Shown here piece after piece: positions 34,952 through 44,848 of a stretch of 64,000 nucleotides of DNA. Source of the stretch: an uncultured virus (IMG/VR IMGVR_UViG_3300023180_000023) (taxonomy: Duplodnaviria > Heunggongvirae > Uroviricota > Caudoviricetes). The position numbers were made by a program, and so were the translations under genes. The notes under the pieces are model-generated. The model saw only the letters and a list, made by a program, of their open reading frames with translations, was not told the origin of the DNA and made no database searches. How positions within the stretch are numbered: position 1 is the first letter of the stretch; each line of letters opens with the position of its first letter. Location of the stretch: the IMG/VR virus record IMGVR_UViG_3300023180_000023; one strand, written 5' to 3'.

Positions 34952-35999
34952 CGACTTTATCGTAGAGTTCAAGGAAGGATTGTTTGGTTTCGTCATCGAA
35001 ACGATTCAGGCAAACTTGAATTGCCTTTGCTTTGTCACCAAAGATGCTGTAAGCACGGATGATGTGAACAAGACGGCGGGTGCTGATGATCTCATCAATG
35101 CCACCATCATAGAAGGTCTTACGGATGATACCTGCCCAGTCAACAAGGTGCTTGCAGAAGTCACGATCCTCCACACCAAGGTCCAGAGAGTTGCCCTCAA
35201 GGATGCGTTGCTCAACGCTGGCAGCAGGATACTCCTGCTCAAAGGTTACGGGGAATCGCTCAAGGAATGCTTCGTTAAGGACGTTGGTGCCGATGAAGCG
35301 CCCATCATCAGAACCCTTTCCTTTAGTGTTAGCAGTAGCAAATACATTGAACCCAGCAGCAGGACGGACATACTTACCAGTTTTTTTGAGGAATACACCT
35401 TTGCCTTCTAGAATGGATTGGAGGCAAAGGATCTTGTTAGAGGCAAGGTCGATTTCATCGAGAAGAAGGATTGCTCCCCGCTCAAGTGCATCAATAACGG
35501 GACCATTATGCCACACAGTGTTCCCATCCACAAGGCGGAAACCGCCGATGAGGTCATCTTCATCAGTTTCAATAGTAATGTTTACACGAATCATTTCACG
35601 ATTCAGTTGAGAACATGCTTGTTCAACACCAAAGGTCTTGCCGTTACCAGAGAGACCAGTGATAAAGCATGGATAGAAGATACCAGATTTGATAATCTTT
35701 TTGACATCAGTAAAGTTCCCGAACGGGATGAAAGTGTCATCCTTACTAGGAACGAGGTCGATATCTTCCCGTTCGGTAACGCGAACTTGATCTTCAAGTT
35801 TTTCACGAACTTCTTGAACAGTCAGGTCCCACTTGCCACGACCAGTTTTGTACATCTCAAGACGTTTGCAAATGGTAGGATAGGAGACATCAAACACATC
35901 AGCAGCAGCAAGAACTGCCTCGGTGTTCACTTGAGTGCCATAGTTTTCAGTCAGGTAGTGAGTGACTTCTTTGACGTTGAGGTTAGACATGCGAGGCAT
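34884..35999 (-). CDS. cobS: CobS-like / MoxR AAA+ ATPase
   Basis: GLSGNGKT, LLDEIDL, ANTKGKGSDDGRF, STRRL. Confidence 0.93.
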   Translation of the reverse strand: MPRMSNLNVKEVTHYLTENYGTQVNTEAVLAAADVFDVSYPTICKRLEMYKTGRGKWDLTVQEVREKLEDQVRVTEREDIDLVPSKDDTFIPFGNFTDVKKIIKSGIFYPCFITGLSGNGKTFGVEQACSQLNREMIRVNITIETDEDDLIGGFRLVDGNTVWHNGPVIDALERGAILLLDEIDLASNKILCLQSILEGKGVFLKKTGKYVRPAAGFNVFATANTKGKGSDDGRFIGTNVLNEAFLERFPVTFEQEYPAASVEQRILEGNSLDLGVEDRDFCKHLVDWAGIIRKTFYDGGIDEIISTRRLVHIIRAYSIFGDKAKAIQVCLNRFDDETKQSFLELYDKVDAEIQLEESLEPVQEGTVGNVS

Positions 36000-36024
36000 T
36001 GCGATGGGAATCAATAACAAAGTT

Positions 36025-36078
36025 AGTATAGGGGGGGATGATCGGAAAAAATCCGATCTTGTGCCAGTTTTTCAAGCG
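36025..36078 (-). promoter_or_regulatory. Phage-type promoter motif copy 1
   Basis: CTTGAAaAACTGgCACAAGA, hairpin, TATACT. Confidence 0.55.
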
Positions 36079-38216
36079 ACCATAGTCGCAAAAGAAGAAA
36101 GGATCTTCTTGTTTGCTGCCTTGGACTTTAGTGACTTCTTAAATGCTGCACGAATCTGTGCCTTAGTAGCATCTTCAGCAACAGTGAAGTCACTTGATTG
36201 ATTCAAACTAGATGAAGCAATGGCATACATGACATCATAACCACTAGTATTTAATATAGCAGATTTCTCTTTAGACCATTGCTTTTTGTTGATATCAGTA
36301 TAAACACCCGTGTAGTAATTAAAAACATTCGACACATCTTTACCTTCAACTACACGATAAGAAATAAAGTTGATGTTGGGGAACTTGTCTTTAAGATTCC
36401 TCATGAGAATATTCGTGGTTCCATTGTACCAATTGTAATTGTTGAATTGTGGGTAGGTCGCACCAATTTCAGTATCACGAAGTTGACAATGAGTTCCAAT
36501 AGAAATCTTTCCATAGCGACCAAGAACCTCGCTGTACTTGTTCTTCAATTCAACAACCCTACCGATAGTGTTAGATTCACCATCGGTAAGAAATACCGTG
36601 TTGACCTTATCGACACCAGTTTCCTTAATGAACTTAGGAAGGAGGTGATGGAGAGTAACGATGCTTTCGTTAAGAGGAGTTCCAGAAAGAGAGAACCCAG
36701 GAGGAATCATTGCACTACCCCAATGGTTACGAACATTGTAAGCAAGACGCCAGATGTTACGGCAATCCTTTTCAAAGTCAGAACTAGACCTTTTGTGAGA
36801 AAGAAGATTCAACAAACGGAATGATTTGTTCAAATACATTTCATTCTCAGCAAGTTCTTGAACCTCACAAAGATGATTGTCCTCATCAAAATCAGAATCT
36901 TGAGGAGGGAACTCGTAGGTAAATGCATAAACCTCAAAAGGAATGTTTACCTTTCGGCAGAACCAAATAAGGTTAAGAAGTTGCTTAACCGTATCCAACA
37001 TCACGTTAGACATAGAACCAGACCAGTCAAGAATAAAAACAAGACCATGGTTCTTACCTTCAGGAAGGACAGTAATCTTTTTAAAGATGTCTTCACTGAA
37101 CTTGTAGTTATGAAGTTTGGTCGTATCAAGAGATCCAGTTTTAGATACTGCAGCACGAGAATATGCTGCAGCAGATTTCTTCATCTCAAACTCCTTAACG
37201 AGATAGTTCACACCCTTAGCAGCATCCTTTTTGTAAGAAACATATTCTGCATCAGTGTGCTTGAGGTGTTCAGATTCCCAACGAGTGTGATTGAAAACAC
37301 TCTCGTTTACATAGTACTCAGACATCATATTTTGAATCCAAGCACAATCAATCACAATGCGATCAAGATCAATCTTTGCAGGAATCTTCAGATAGACAGT
37401 TTCGAATGAACTGTGATTGATCAGATCTTGTTGGTTTTCAGTAAACGCAGAATCAGTAGAAGATTCAAACTCATCAGGAATAAACTCTTCTCCGCCACCA
37501 TGACCCCCAAAGGACTCTTCATCGCCCTCTGAGGCGTCTCCAGGAGCGTCTCCAGGGGCACCGTCGCCTTCGTCCGAGGGTTCGATATCTACAGTTTTGT
37601 TTTGCTGTTCTTGCCCTTGACCTTGCTGCAGATCTTTGCTGTCAAATTTCTCTTTCTTAGCATTGTCTTCTTTCTCTTTCAGGTACAAATAAATGTCTTT
37701 GCTGATGTCAAGGACTTCATCAAAAGTTTCTGATTGACCCACACGATGAACAAAAGGTTTCTCTTCTTCAGAAAACTTGAATACATGATACGCACCAATT
37801 TTGTAGTAGAGATTGATGCGGTCAATAAACGACATGCTGTTGATATCTTCACCATCAAGAGAGAAGAAATCTTGGTCATGAAGTTCTTGATAACCTTTGT
37901 AAAAAGTTTTACCCAGACCTGCATAACGACGCTTCATTAGTTTCTCAATGCGAGCATCCTCAACAACGTTAACAAAGGAGATGGGGACACAAGCATAGTC
38001 ATCAACTTTCCAGTTGAGGTTAGGAGTGTAAAGAGCATGACCAACCTCATGACCAACAAGCAAATCATACACACGGTTGGATGCTTTCTCCCACATAGGC
38101 AGAGTCAGCACACGCTTCTCCACATCAAAAGATGCAGTAGAAACCTTGCGGTGCTCAACGATCAAGTTCTCGGTAGCAAGCAGGCGGGCGAGAGTGTCTT
38201 TGATTTCAAAGTTCAT
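36072..38216 (-). CDS. Metallopeptidase-like/vWA domain protein (CobT-like partner of CobS)
   Basis: HEVGHAL, NVVEDARIE, vWA MIDAS LDWSGSM, GTPL, LTDGES. Confidence 0.88.
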   Translation of the reverse strand: MNFEIKDTLARLLATENLIVEHRKVSTASFDVEKRVLTLPMWEKASNRVYDLLVGHEVGHALYTPNLNWKVDDYACVPISFVNVVEDARIEKLMKRRYAGLGKTFYKGYQELHDQDFFSLDGEDINSMSFIDRINLYYKIGAYHVFKFSEEEKPFVHRVGQSETFDEVLDISKDIYLYLKEKEDNAKKEKFDSKDLQQGQGQEQQNKTVDIEPSDEGDGAPGDAPGDASEGDEESFGGHGGGEEFIPDEFESSTDSAFTENQQDLINHSSFETVYLKIPAKIDLDRIVIDCAWIQNMMSEYYVNESVFNHTRWESEHLKHTDAEYVSYKKDAAKGVNYLVKEFEMKKSAAAYSRAAVSKTGSLDTTKLHNYKFSEDIFKKITVLPEGKNHGLVFILDWSGSMSNVMLDTVKQLLNLIWFCRKVNIPFEVYAFTYEFPPQDSDFDEDNHLCEVQELAENEMYLNKSFRLLNLLSHKRSSSDFEKDCRNIWRLAYNVRNHWGSAMIPPGFSLSGTPLNESIVTLHHLLPKFIKETGVDKVNTVFLTDGESNTIGRVVELKNKYSEVLGRYGKISIGTHCQLRDTEIGATYPQFNNYNWYNGTTNILMRNLKDKFPNINFISYRVVEGKDVSNVFNYYTGVYTDINKKQWSKEKSAILNTSGYDVMYAIASSSLNQSSDFTVAEDATKAQIRAAFKKSLKSKAANKKILSSFATMVA

Positions 38217-38225
38217 GGGACCGTT

Positions 38226-38393
38226 TCAGTGATGAACGTATCCTACAAAAAAAGACCCCCCTTTACGGGAGGTCTTGTGACAGTTCTTCAAGTGCCTGAG
38301 GGACTGTTTGCTTGCACGGATTCTTCCTTTGCAAGTCCCCTTGCCGTTCTTGTCTTTCTTACTGTGGTGTTGCCAGTTCGGTAGTTGTGCCAT
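38226..38393 (-). CDS. Small basic hypothetical protein (55 aa)
   Basis: MAQLPNWQHHSKKDKNGKGTCKGRIRASKQSLRHLK... Confidence 0.55.
   Translation of the reverse strand: MAQLPNWQHHSKKDKNGKGTCKGRIRASKQSLRHLKNCHKTSRKGGSFFVGYVHH
38240..38293 (-). promoter_or_regulatory. Phage-type promoter motif copy 2 with terminator-like hairpin
   Basis: CTTGAAgAACTGtCACAAGA, hairpin with T7, TAGGAT. Confidence 0.55.
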
Positions 38394-40110
38394 TGGTCTG
38401 GAATGGTTTAGAAAAGTTTTTGACCTTCTTGAACTGTATCACATTATCAAACTTATCGTGCAGCATGTCCTCTTTGTGTGAGATCACAAACACATTGTTA
38501 CCATCGGTAACAGTTCTGAGAATGTTAATGAAATCAGCAGTTCCACTACTATCTAGCGAACTATCAAAAATTTCGTCCAAGATAAGAATGTTGGTATTGA
38601 CTGAGTTCTTCAGTTTAGCAACCTCTCTCCAAGTGAATAGAAGTGCCAGGTCAATCCTCATCTTCTCACCTTCAGAGAAAGAAGCATAAGAGAACTCATC
38701 TCTAAATCGTGACTTGATTGTTTCGTTGAACGTATCATCAAGATTGAAGTTAACATAGAACTCAAGTTCTTGAAGATACTTATTGATCAACGTGTTCATC
38801 ACAGGAAGATACTTTCTGATGATGCTGGATTTGACTCCACCATCTTTGAGGATCTCAGCAATAATTTTAAGTTCAGTATTTCTCTTGGCAATCTGACGAC
38901 GCTGCAATTCTTGTGACTTGCCCTGCTCAATCAGAGTTTTGGTCTTCTCAGTTTCATCCACAATAAGAGAATCATTTGAGTTGATTGCTCCAATCTCAGC
39001 AAGAGTATCAGCAACACGCTTCTCGTTCCATTCTACTTCTTTGAAGCACTCTCTAATTTTAGATTGCACTTCGCTGATAGAATCTAAGATCTCTTTCTTT
39101 TCAGAAAGAACCTTATTAACTTCCTTTTGATCCCCCTCCAGTTTCTCAAGTGCTTCTTTGAACTTCTCAATCTTACCAGAGGTTTCGGAGATCTTGGATT
39201 GTTTAAGATCTTCGCTGATCTCCTGGTTGCAGGTAGGGCAACTGGCGTTGTTAGTGAAGAACTTCTGTTCCTTGGTTAGTTCTTTGATTTTACCACTAAA
39301 GGTAATATCATACTCTCTGAGTTTGTTGACCTTAGCATCCACATCAGAATACTTCTCAACTTCCTCGTTCAGTAAATCCATACGAGACATGTAGGATTCA
39401 ACCTCATCTCGCTTAAGTCGAATGTTTTCCTCAAGAACAGAAATAATATTTTCTTTCTCTTCAACGTTCTGTTGACTTTGATCTTTGAGGTTCTGAATGT
39501 ACTTACGTTGAACGTCTACCTTCTCTTTGAGAATTGAAATGGAATAGTCAATATCAGACATCGACTCTTTATTCTCTTTGACCCTATCTTTTAAAATAGT
39601 ATTCATTGTAGAGAAGATACTGATATCAAGGATGTCCTCAATAACTTCTCTACGACCAGCAGCAGGTAACTGCATAAAGGGAACAAACGTAGATGACCCA
39701 AGCACCACAATCTGAGTGAATGATTTGTAGTTAAGTTTCAGTACGTTCTGCTCAAACCACTTCTGCTGATCAGCAGCAGAAGCACTCTGATCCAATTGAA
39801 CTCCATCTTTAAAGATCTCAAATACCGTTGGTTTTATACCACGATTAATTTGCCAATTGATCTTACCAATAGAAAATTCAATCTCAACTCTACAGTCAGC
39901 AAGATTAATAGAGTTGACTAGTTGTGGTTTATTAATCTTTCGAAAAGGTTTATTGAACAAACCAAAGCACAGGGCATCTAAGATCGTCGATTTGCCTGCA
40001 CCATTTTCACCAACGATTAATGTCTTATTATGATCATTGAGATTAATCTCAGTAAAGTTATTTCCTGTGCTCAGGAAATTTTTCCATTTAATAGTTTTAA
40101 ATTCAATCAT
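38359..40110 (-). CDS. gp46: Recombination endonuclease ATPase subunit (Rad50/SbcC-like)
   Basis: GENGAGKST, CPTC hook, FSEGEK, LDEIFDSSLD. Confidence 0.97.
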   Translation of the reverse strand: MIEFKTIKWKNFLSTGNNFTEINLNDHNKTLIVGENGAGKSTILDALCFGLFNKPFRKINKPQLVNSINLADCRVEIEFSIGKINWQINRGIKPTVFEIFKDGVQLDQSASAADQQKWFEQNVLKLNYKSFTQIVVLGSSTFVPFMQLPAAGRREVIEDILDISIFSTMNTILKDRVKENKESMSDIDYSISILKEKVDVQRKYIQNLKDQSQQNVEEKENIISVLEENIRLKRDEVESYMSRMDLLNEEVEKYSDVDAKVNKLREYDITFSGKIKELTKEQKFFTNNASCPTCNQEISEDLKQSKISETSGKIEKFKEALEKLEGDQKEVNKVLSEKKEILDSISEVQSKIRECFKEVEWNEKRVADTLAEIGAINSNDSLIVDETEKTKTLIEQGKSQELQRRQIAKRNTELKIIAEILKDGGVKSSIIRKYLPVMNTLINKYLQELEFYVNFNLDDTFNETIKSRFRDEFSYASFSEGEKMRIDLALLFTWREVAKLKNSVNTNILILDEIFDSSLDSSGTADFINILRTVTDGNNVFVISHKEDMLHDKFDNVIQFKKVKNFSKPFQTNGTTTELATPQ

Positions 40111-40363
40111 CAGCGGTAGGGGGAATGATAATGTCGTCAGGAGTTACAATGCAGTATGAGTAACCATTCTCTTTACAAATACCAATGGCAACGTCATCGT
40201 CTACTTCAGTTACAACCATCTCAGGATAATCGTCTGCTGCTAAAAGACCAGAGTGTCGTTCAGCATCATCTTCATCAATAAAAAGATACAAGATGTTTTG
40301 TTGATTAAAACTAGGAGCATACGCTCCTTCATCTTCTTTTCCTTTAACGGTGAGTATGTACAT
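40103..40363 (-). CDS. Hypothetical protein
   Basis: ORF between gp47 and gp46. Confidence 0.75.
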   Translation of the reverse strand: MYILTVKGKEDEGAYAPSFNQQNILYLFIDEDDAERHSGLLAADDYPEMVVTEVDDDVAIGICKENGYSYCIVTPDDIIIPPTADD

Positions 40364-41403
40364 TATTCCAACTGTAGAGATTCTGCATAAATTGAACCAA
40401 TAATCGATTTCAAAGTATCTTTGTCTTCGTAGTCAATTTCTTCTATATATTTTTCAAGAAAGGAAAGTGTACCTTCAACCTCAATATCTCCACTAGGATT
40501 AATTTCTTCCTGAGTGTTGTCAATAATCTTGAGATCATGAGTCCCAGATTGATAGAGGCGCTCTACAATATTATCATATGCGTAGTAATTACTACGCTTC
40601 TCCACAATGAGTTTTACAAACTTATTTGAATACTCATTAGTATCTACAGAGTCAGGGTCTGTAACCGTATCGTTGTAGTAAATCTTCTCAAACATGTTGA
40701 AAGGATTCTTGATAAACTTCAGGTTTGTTGTCTCTGTATCAAATAAATGAAACCCTCGTACATCTCCAAAATCGTTCCAATACATTTGATAAGGATTTCC
40801 TAGGTAATATACATTACCATAATTAGAGCGATGGTGGAAGTGACCAGATAATACTTTCTTGAACTTAGAGAACACATCAGCACTCATCCCATGTTCCATA
40901 ATGTATCCAGGGTGTGCTTCAAATCCTGACAACTCAAGATGTCCCATTGCAACTGTTGCTTCGGTATTGGCAATCTCTTCAAATGTCTCCGTCTCATTAT
41001 CGACACAGATCCAGGGGATGAAGCAGATTGGTAAATTCCCAATCGTGATTGTTATTGGTTTAGTGATGTGAAAAACATTTTCATATTCACTCAAGAGCAT
41101 GTTGACTGCGTTTAAGTCAAGAGTGTTCTTGTAATAAGAAGTGTGGTTTCCCACTACCGTGTATACAGAGATATCTCGTTCAGCAAGTTTGTCATAATAA
41201 TTTTTCTTTGCCCAATCTAGTGACCAAAAATCAATCGACTTACGATTGTCAAAGGTATCACCAAGATCAAGCACAACAGAGATGTTGTTCTTATCTAATG
41301 TCGGAAAGAATACTTCATCATAAAACTTCTTCATGTAGTCATGAAAAATCTGACTACCCTTCCTCATGCCGAAGTGCTGGTCAGTAATAATAGCAACTTT
41401 CAT
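40363..41403 (-). CDS. gp47: Recombination endonuclease subunit (Mre11/SbcD-like)
   Basis: TDQHFG, LGDTFDNRK, GNH, SGHFH. Confidence 0.97.
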   Translation of the reverse strand: MKVAIITDQHFGMRKGSQIFHDYMKKFYDEVFFPTLDKNNISVVLDLGDTFDNRKSIDFWSLDWAKKNYYDKLAERDISVYTVVGNHTSYYKNTLDLNAVNMLLSEYENVFHITKPITITIGNLPICFIPWICVDNETETFEEIANTEATVAMGHLELSGFEAHPGYIMEHGMSADVFSKFKKVLSGHFHHRSNYGNVYYLGNPYQMYWNDFGDVRGFHLFDTETTNLKFIKNPFNMFEKIYYNDTVTDPDSVDTNEYSNKFVKLIVEKRSNYYAYDNIVERLYQSGTHDLKIIDNTQEEINPSGDIEVEGTLSFLEKYIEEIDYEDKDTLKSIIGSIYAESLQLE

Positions 41404-41867
41404 CAATACCTCATTTTCTGTTCAAGAGAATTTTTAATCTGTTCGTATGAAGCGTCACACCCGTATTCATCACCAGTGAATACTTCACTGTATCCCGACT
41501 TCTCAATCATCTTGTTCTTAATGTCTACCTGCTTCTTCTCCTTCTGAATCCTCCGAAGGAATGCGTAGTAGATGATTTGAGTAAAGTATGCAAACGGATT
41601 CTGTGACTTCTCTGGATTGAAGTTATCAATATATGTAATGCAGTTCTCGATCCCGTCACCAATCATGTCATCCTTAAACATGTAGTTGACGAAGTTAGGT
41701 TTGTACGATAAGTGCTGGGCGATCTTCAGGAAGCACCCACCGATGTATTCACCGACAGGTGGTTTTGGATCTCCATTCTTTGCCGCGATCTCCACTTTTT
41801 TCTTGTATTGAACGATGGCATGAAGGAAATCCTTGTTGTTTACATAGTGTTCCTTTTCTTTAGGCAT
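41403..41867 (-). CDS. gp55: Late transcription sigma factor
   Basis: HYVNNKDF, NFVNYM, NPFAYFTQIIYYAFLRRI. Confidence 0.97.
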   Translation of the reverse strand: MPKEKEHYVNNKDFLHAIVQYKKKVEIAAKNGDPKPPVGEYIGGCFLKIAQHLSYKPNFVNYMFKDDMIGDGIENCITYIDNFNPEKSQNPFAYFTQIIYYAFLRRIQKEKKQVDIKNKMIEKSGYSEVFTGDEYGCDASYEQIKNSLEQKMRY

Positions 41868-41893
41868 GTTAACTAGATTGGATTTCTCACCAT

Positions 41894-41922
41894 ATCATAA
41901 CACAATATTGATGGCTTGACAA
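41894..41922 (-). promoter_or_regulatory. gp55 promoter TTGTCA-17-TATGAT
   Basis: Near-consensus hexamers, 17-nt spacer. Confidence 0.65.
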
Positions 41923-41944
41923 GGGTCTGGAATCTGTGTATAAT
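41916..41944 (+). promoter_or_regulatory. Perfect sigma70 promoter pointing antisense into the 41986 gene and uvsW
   Basis: TTGACAagggtctggaatctgtgTATAAT on the + strand. Confidence 0.75.
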
Positions 41945-41985
41945 AACTCGGTCAGAGTTCAGAAAACAGCTTTAAGTACTTAGAG

Positions 41986-42438
41986 TTATTCTTTATTATC
42001 TTTAGAATATGACTCTGAGTTCCACATATTTTCTAGAAGGTTTATAGCATCATCAAGATCAGAGATAAATCCCATGTCTCTATCTAATGGTACTTGACCT
42101 TCTTTCTTTTTTGGTGTGGGCGGTTGTCGTCTCTTCAGTTCCTTTCTGATCTCATTGTGTTCCAATTTTGCCAAACTGTGGTGGTAGAACTTGATGACTT
42201 CTCCTTCAACTTCTTTGAATGTAATGATGTCACTACCGTTAATAACGAATTCATTTTGGTGGGCGATTTTCATCCACGATTTAATTTTCATTCCCTGGAA
42301 CATGCCAGGGATTTCAATCTCTTCAATTCCGATTGGATCTTTGATTGAGATGTAATCATCCTCTGGGCATGTTTCTGTAACAATGCAAATTAATTCTTCA
42401 CCACATTTTAATTTAATACTTGCGTAAAACTCTTGCAT
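41986..42438 (-). CDS. Hypothetical Sm-like-fold protein
   Basis: FYASIKLKCGEELI...DP...WMK. Confidence 0.75.
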   Translation of the reverse strand: MQEFYASIKLKCGEELICIVTETCPEDDYISIKDPIGIEEIEIPGMFQGMKIKSWMKIAHQNEFVINGSDIITFKEVEGEVIKFYHHSLAKLEHNEIRKELKRRQPPTPKKKEGQVPLDRDMGFISDLDDAINLLENMWNSESYSKDNKE

Positions 42439-42439
42439 A

Positions 42440-43906
42440 CTACTTTCTGAATTTAATGTTTACAATTTCGTAGTCGAAATTTTCCTGGTTGTAAATCTTA
42501 ATTCTTTCAAACAAATGATTTAATGTGTAGTTCGGTGACTTATCATTATTGCTAATGTCGTCAGCGATGTCATAAAGCACAGCACTGTTTTTATTTTCCC
42601 CCTTCCTTAAGACCCTACCAATTGACTGGAGGTTTCTTACTCTTGATTTTGAAGGTGATGCAAAAATAATGTTGTGTAATTTTTTAATATTAATGCCTGT
42701 AGAAAATGTCCCATAACTTGCGATGATGATTGCGTTGGACTCCTGCTCAGTGATTGCTCGGATCTCTTCTCGGTCCTTTACATCAACACCACCGTGTACA
42801 AAGAAAATCTTTCTATCAGGTTTAGCATTATTATTTATTAATTCATAAAGTGGTTCGCCATGCTTCTCCACGTAGTTAAAAAGAATCAAAGTATTTCCAG
42901 CAAGATCTAATGATAGATTCTTGATAAAATTATTTCTCTTTTCATGGGTGACGAGATATTCAATCTCATCTTGATACGTTTCAAATTTTTGATGCTGGTG
43001 TTTCAGTACAAGCACCTTGATTTTTAATCTTGAAAGATGCCCCTGTTTAATTAGGTCATTAGTGTTTGTAATCTTTTCGTAAGGACCGAACAAACCTTCA
43101 AGAACTAGTTTGTTTGTCTTACTACCATCTAGAGTACCTGTAAAACCAATACGATACTTTGCTTCGTAACACTTGGTGAGAATATCTGTCAGGGACTTTG
43201 CTTTAAATAAATGTGCTTCGTCACCAATAACAGCAGTAAACTCTTCAAAGAATGATTTTTTCTGTTTGTATACAGATTGCCAAGTGGTAATAGTTACTGG
43301 TTTAGGAGATACCTTTTCATATCCAGCATATACCTTATGGCAATGCTCTTCTGAATTCCATCCATAATCTTCAAAATCCTTATACATCTGTTCAACAAGA
43401 GATGTAGTGGGGACTACAATCATAATTTTTTGTCCAGTTTCTTGGAGAAACCGAACAATAGAATAGATCATAAATGACTTCCCAGACCCTGTAGGGGATA
43501 CAATTAATTTACGCTTTTTTCTAAGTGCTTCGTAAATTGCTTTGTATTGGTAATCCCTTGCTTTTAAAGAAGTAAATCTTTTTACAAAGGATTTGACACC
43601 ATCAAAAGATACCAGTTCGTCCTCAGCATCGGGCATTCCATAATACTGATTGTCAGCAAAATCATAAACATAACCCCGCTCCTTACAGAATTGTTCTACG
43701 TATTCTCTAAGTCCGCAATATAACTCTCCTGTACCAGGAGAGAACAATCTAATTTTACCATCCCAGTGGCGCTGCCTGTAGGCAGGCATGAACTTTGCAC
43801 CTTCTACTTCAAATGTAAAATGGTCTGTTAATTCGTAAGCAATGTGTGGGTGCGTTTTGATTTGCAAGTATACTTCATTTTTCTTCTTGATAATGACATC
43901 ACTCAT
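42440..43906 (-). CDS. uvsW: SF2 helicase UvsW
   Basis: PTGSGKS, DEAH, QSIGRVLR. Confidence 0.96.
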   Translation of the reverse strand: MSDVIIKKKNEVYLQIKTHPHIAYELTDHFTFEVEGAKFMPAYRQRHWDGKIRLFSPGTGELYCGLREYVEQFCKERGYVYDFADNQYYGMPDAEDELVSFDGVKSFVKRFTSLKARDYQYKAIYEALRKKRKLIVSPTGSGKSFMIYSIVRFLQETGQKIMIVVPTTSLVEQMYKDFEDYGWNSEEHCHKVYAGYEKVSPKPVTITTWQSVYKQKKSFFEEFTAVIGDEAHLFKAKSLTDILTKCYEAKYRIGFTGTLDGSKTNKLVLEGLFGPYEKITNTNDLIKQGHLSRLKIKVLVLKHQHQKFETYQDEIEYLVTHEKRNNFIKNLSLDLAGNTLILFNYVEKHGEPLYELINNNAKPDRKIFFVHGGVDVKDREEIRAITEQESNAIIIASYGTFSTGINIKKLHNIIFASPSKSRVRNLQSIGRVLRKGENKNSAVLYDIADDISNNDKSPNYTLNHLFERIKIYNQENFDYEIVNIKFRK

Positions 43907-44312
43907 CTAAACCCTTTGCATATTTCATCCAATCAATTGCATTCTTAATTTGGAATGAACGATTGTTAATATTATTTATTATCTCTTTTAATGTGTTCTC
44001 TAACTTATCATAGTAATCCACTATAGCTAGAGAGTTAATTACTTCTTGGTCTCCTTTGATGTAAATAGGAACTTCTGTTTTAATGATCCTATCATCAGGA
44101 GCAGTTTCTTCTCTTCCCATATAAAAACTGTACTTCTGTAAATACAGTTGGTTGTGGGCATATTCTTTTTCTTTTTTTAGTAGTTGAATCTTTAAATATT
44201 TTTCCAACCACTTTGCATGAAGTATTGGGATCCTACGTGCTTCTTCAAACAGATCATCTCCCATTGCAGCATCTTCACGCCACTCATTAATAAATTTATC
44301 ATGTAAGTTCAT
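43899..44312 (-). CDS. uvsY: Recombination mediator UvsY
   Basis: IPILHAKW, NRSFQIKNAIDW; adjacent to uvsW. Confidence 0.88.
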   Translation of the reverse strand: MNLHDKFINEWREDAAMGDDLFEEARRIPILHAKWLEKYLKIQLLKKEKEYAHNQLYLQKYSFYMGREETAPDDRIIKTEVPIYIKGDQEVINSLAIVDYYDKLENTLKEIINNINNRSFQIKNAIDWMKYAKGLDE

Positions 44313-44848
44313 AAAGTCAAATTCTTGTCAGTGGTATCGGTTAGTTTAAAATAAACATATCTAAAAGTCACTTCTGCAGTTAGATATTGTACATCAGATT
44401 GCTCGGTGCTAAACTCTAAAGTACTTAATGAAATTGGAGCAGCATCTAAAAATTTACATTTAAACGCAGTATTATAATTGCTGGTTAGAATTCTTAGAGT
44501 CAGATCAATGGTGTCTGGATCGTCTGTTTTGAAATCTTTATCTTGCATCTCCTGTTTAAATTCTTTCCACTGCTCTAAGTATTGTGGATAGGTAATTCCA
44601 ACCATCCAATTATGAATCAATGCATAGTTTGCACAATATTCATCAACAAGAAATCTAACAGTAAGATTATCATAACTTAATTTGTCGGCACTCAATTGAA
44701 AATCATTAAATGGAGTTGCTTGTTGAGGACCACCCATACTAATTCCAGGAATATTAGCACTGACGCAATGAAATCCTATACTAGAAAATCCAGGAATATC
44801 TAATATAAATCCTGTTGGAGATAAAAAATTGTCGTTACATTGGGTCAT
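44309..44848 (-). CDS. gp3: Tail completion / sheath stabiliser
   Basis: NFLSPTGF, ANIPGIS, FLVDE, YLTAEVTFRY. Confidence 0.88.
   Translation of the reverse strand: MTQCNDNFLSPTGFILDIPGFSSIGFHCVSANIPGISMGGPQQATPFNDFQLSADKLSYDNLTVRFLVDEYCANYALIHNWMVGITYPQYLEQWKEFKQEMQDKDFKTDDPDTIDLTLRILTSNYNTAFKCKFLDAAPISLSTLEFSTEQSDVQYLTAEVTFRYVYFKLTDTTDKNLTL

Noticed and set aside
34824..36017. Several 160-200 aa + strand ORFs opposite cobS
   Set aside because: Antisense shadows of a conserved gene, without RBS or recognisable motifs.
37531..37570. 12-bp tandem repeat (gcgtctccagga) encoding GDAP
   Set aside because: Low-complexity acidic linker within the vWA protein; only 2-3 copies.
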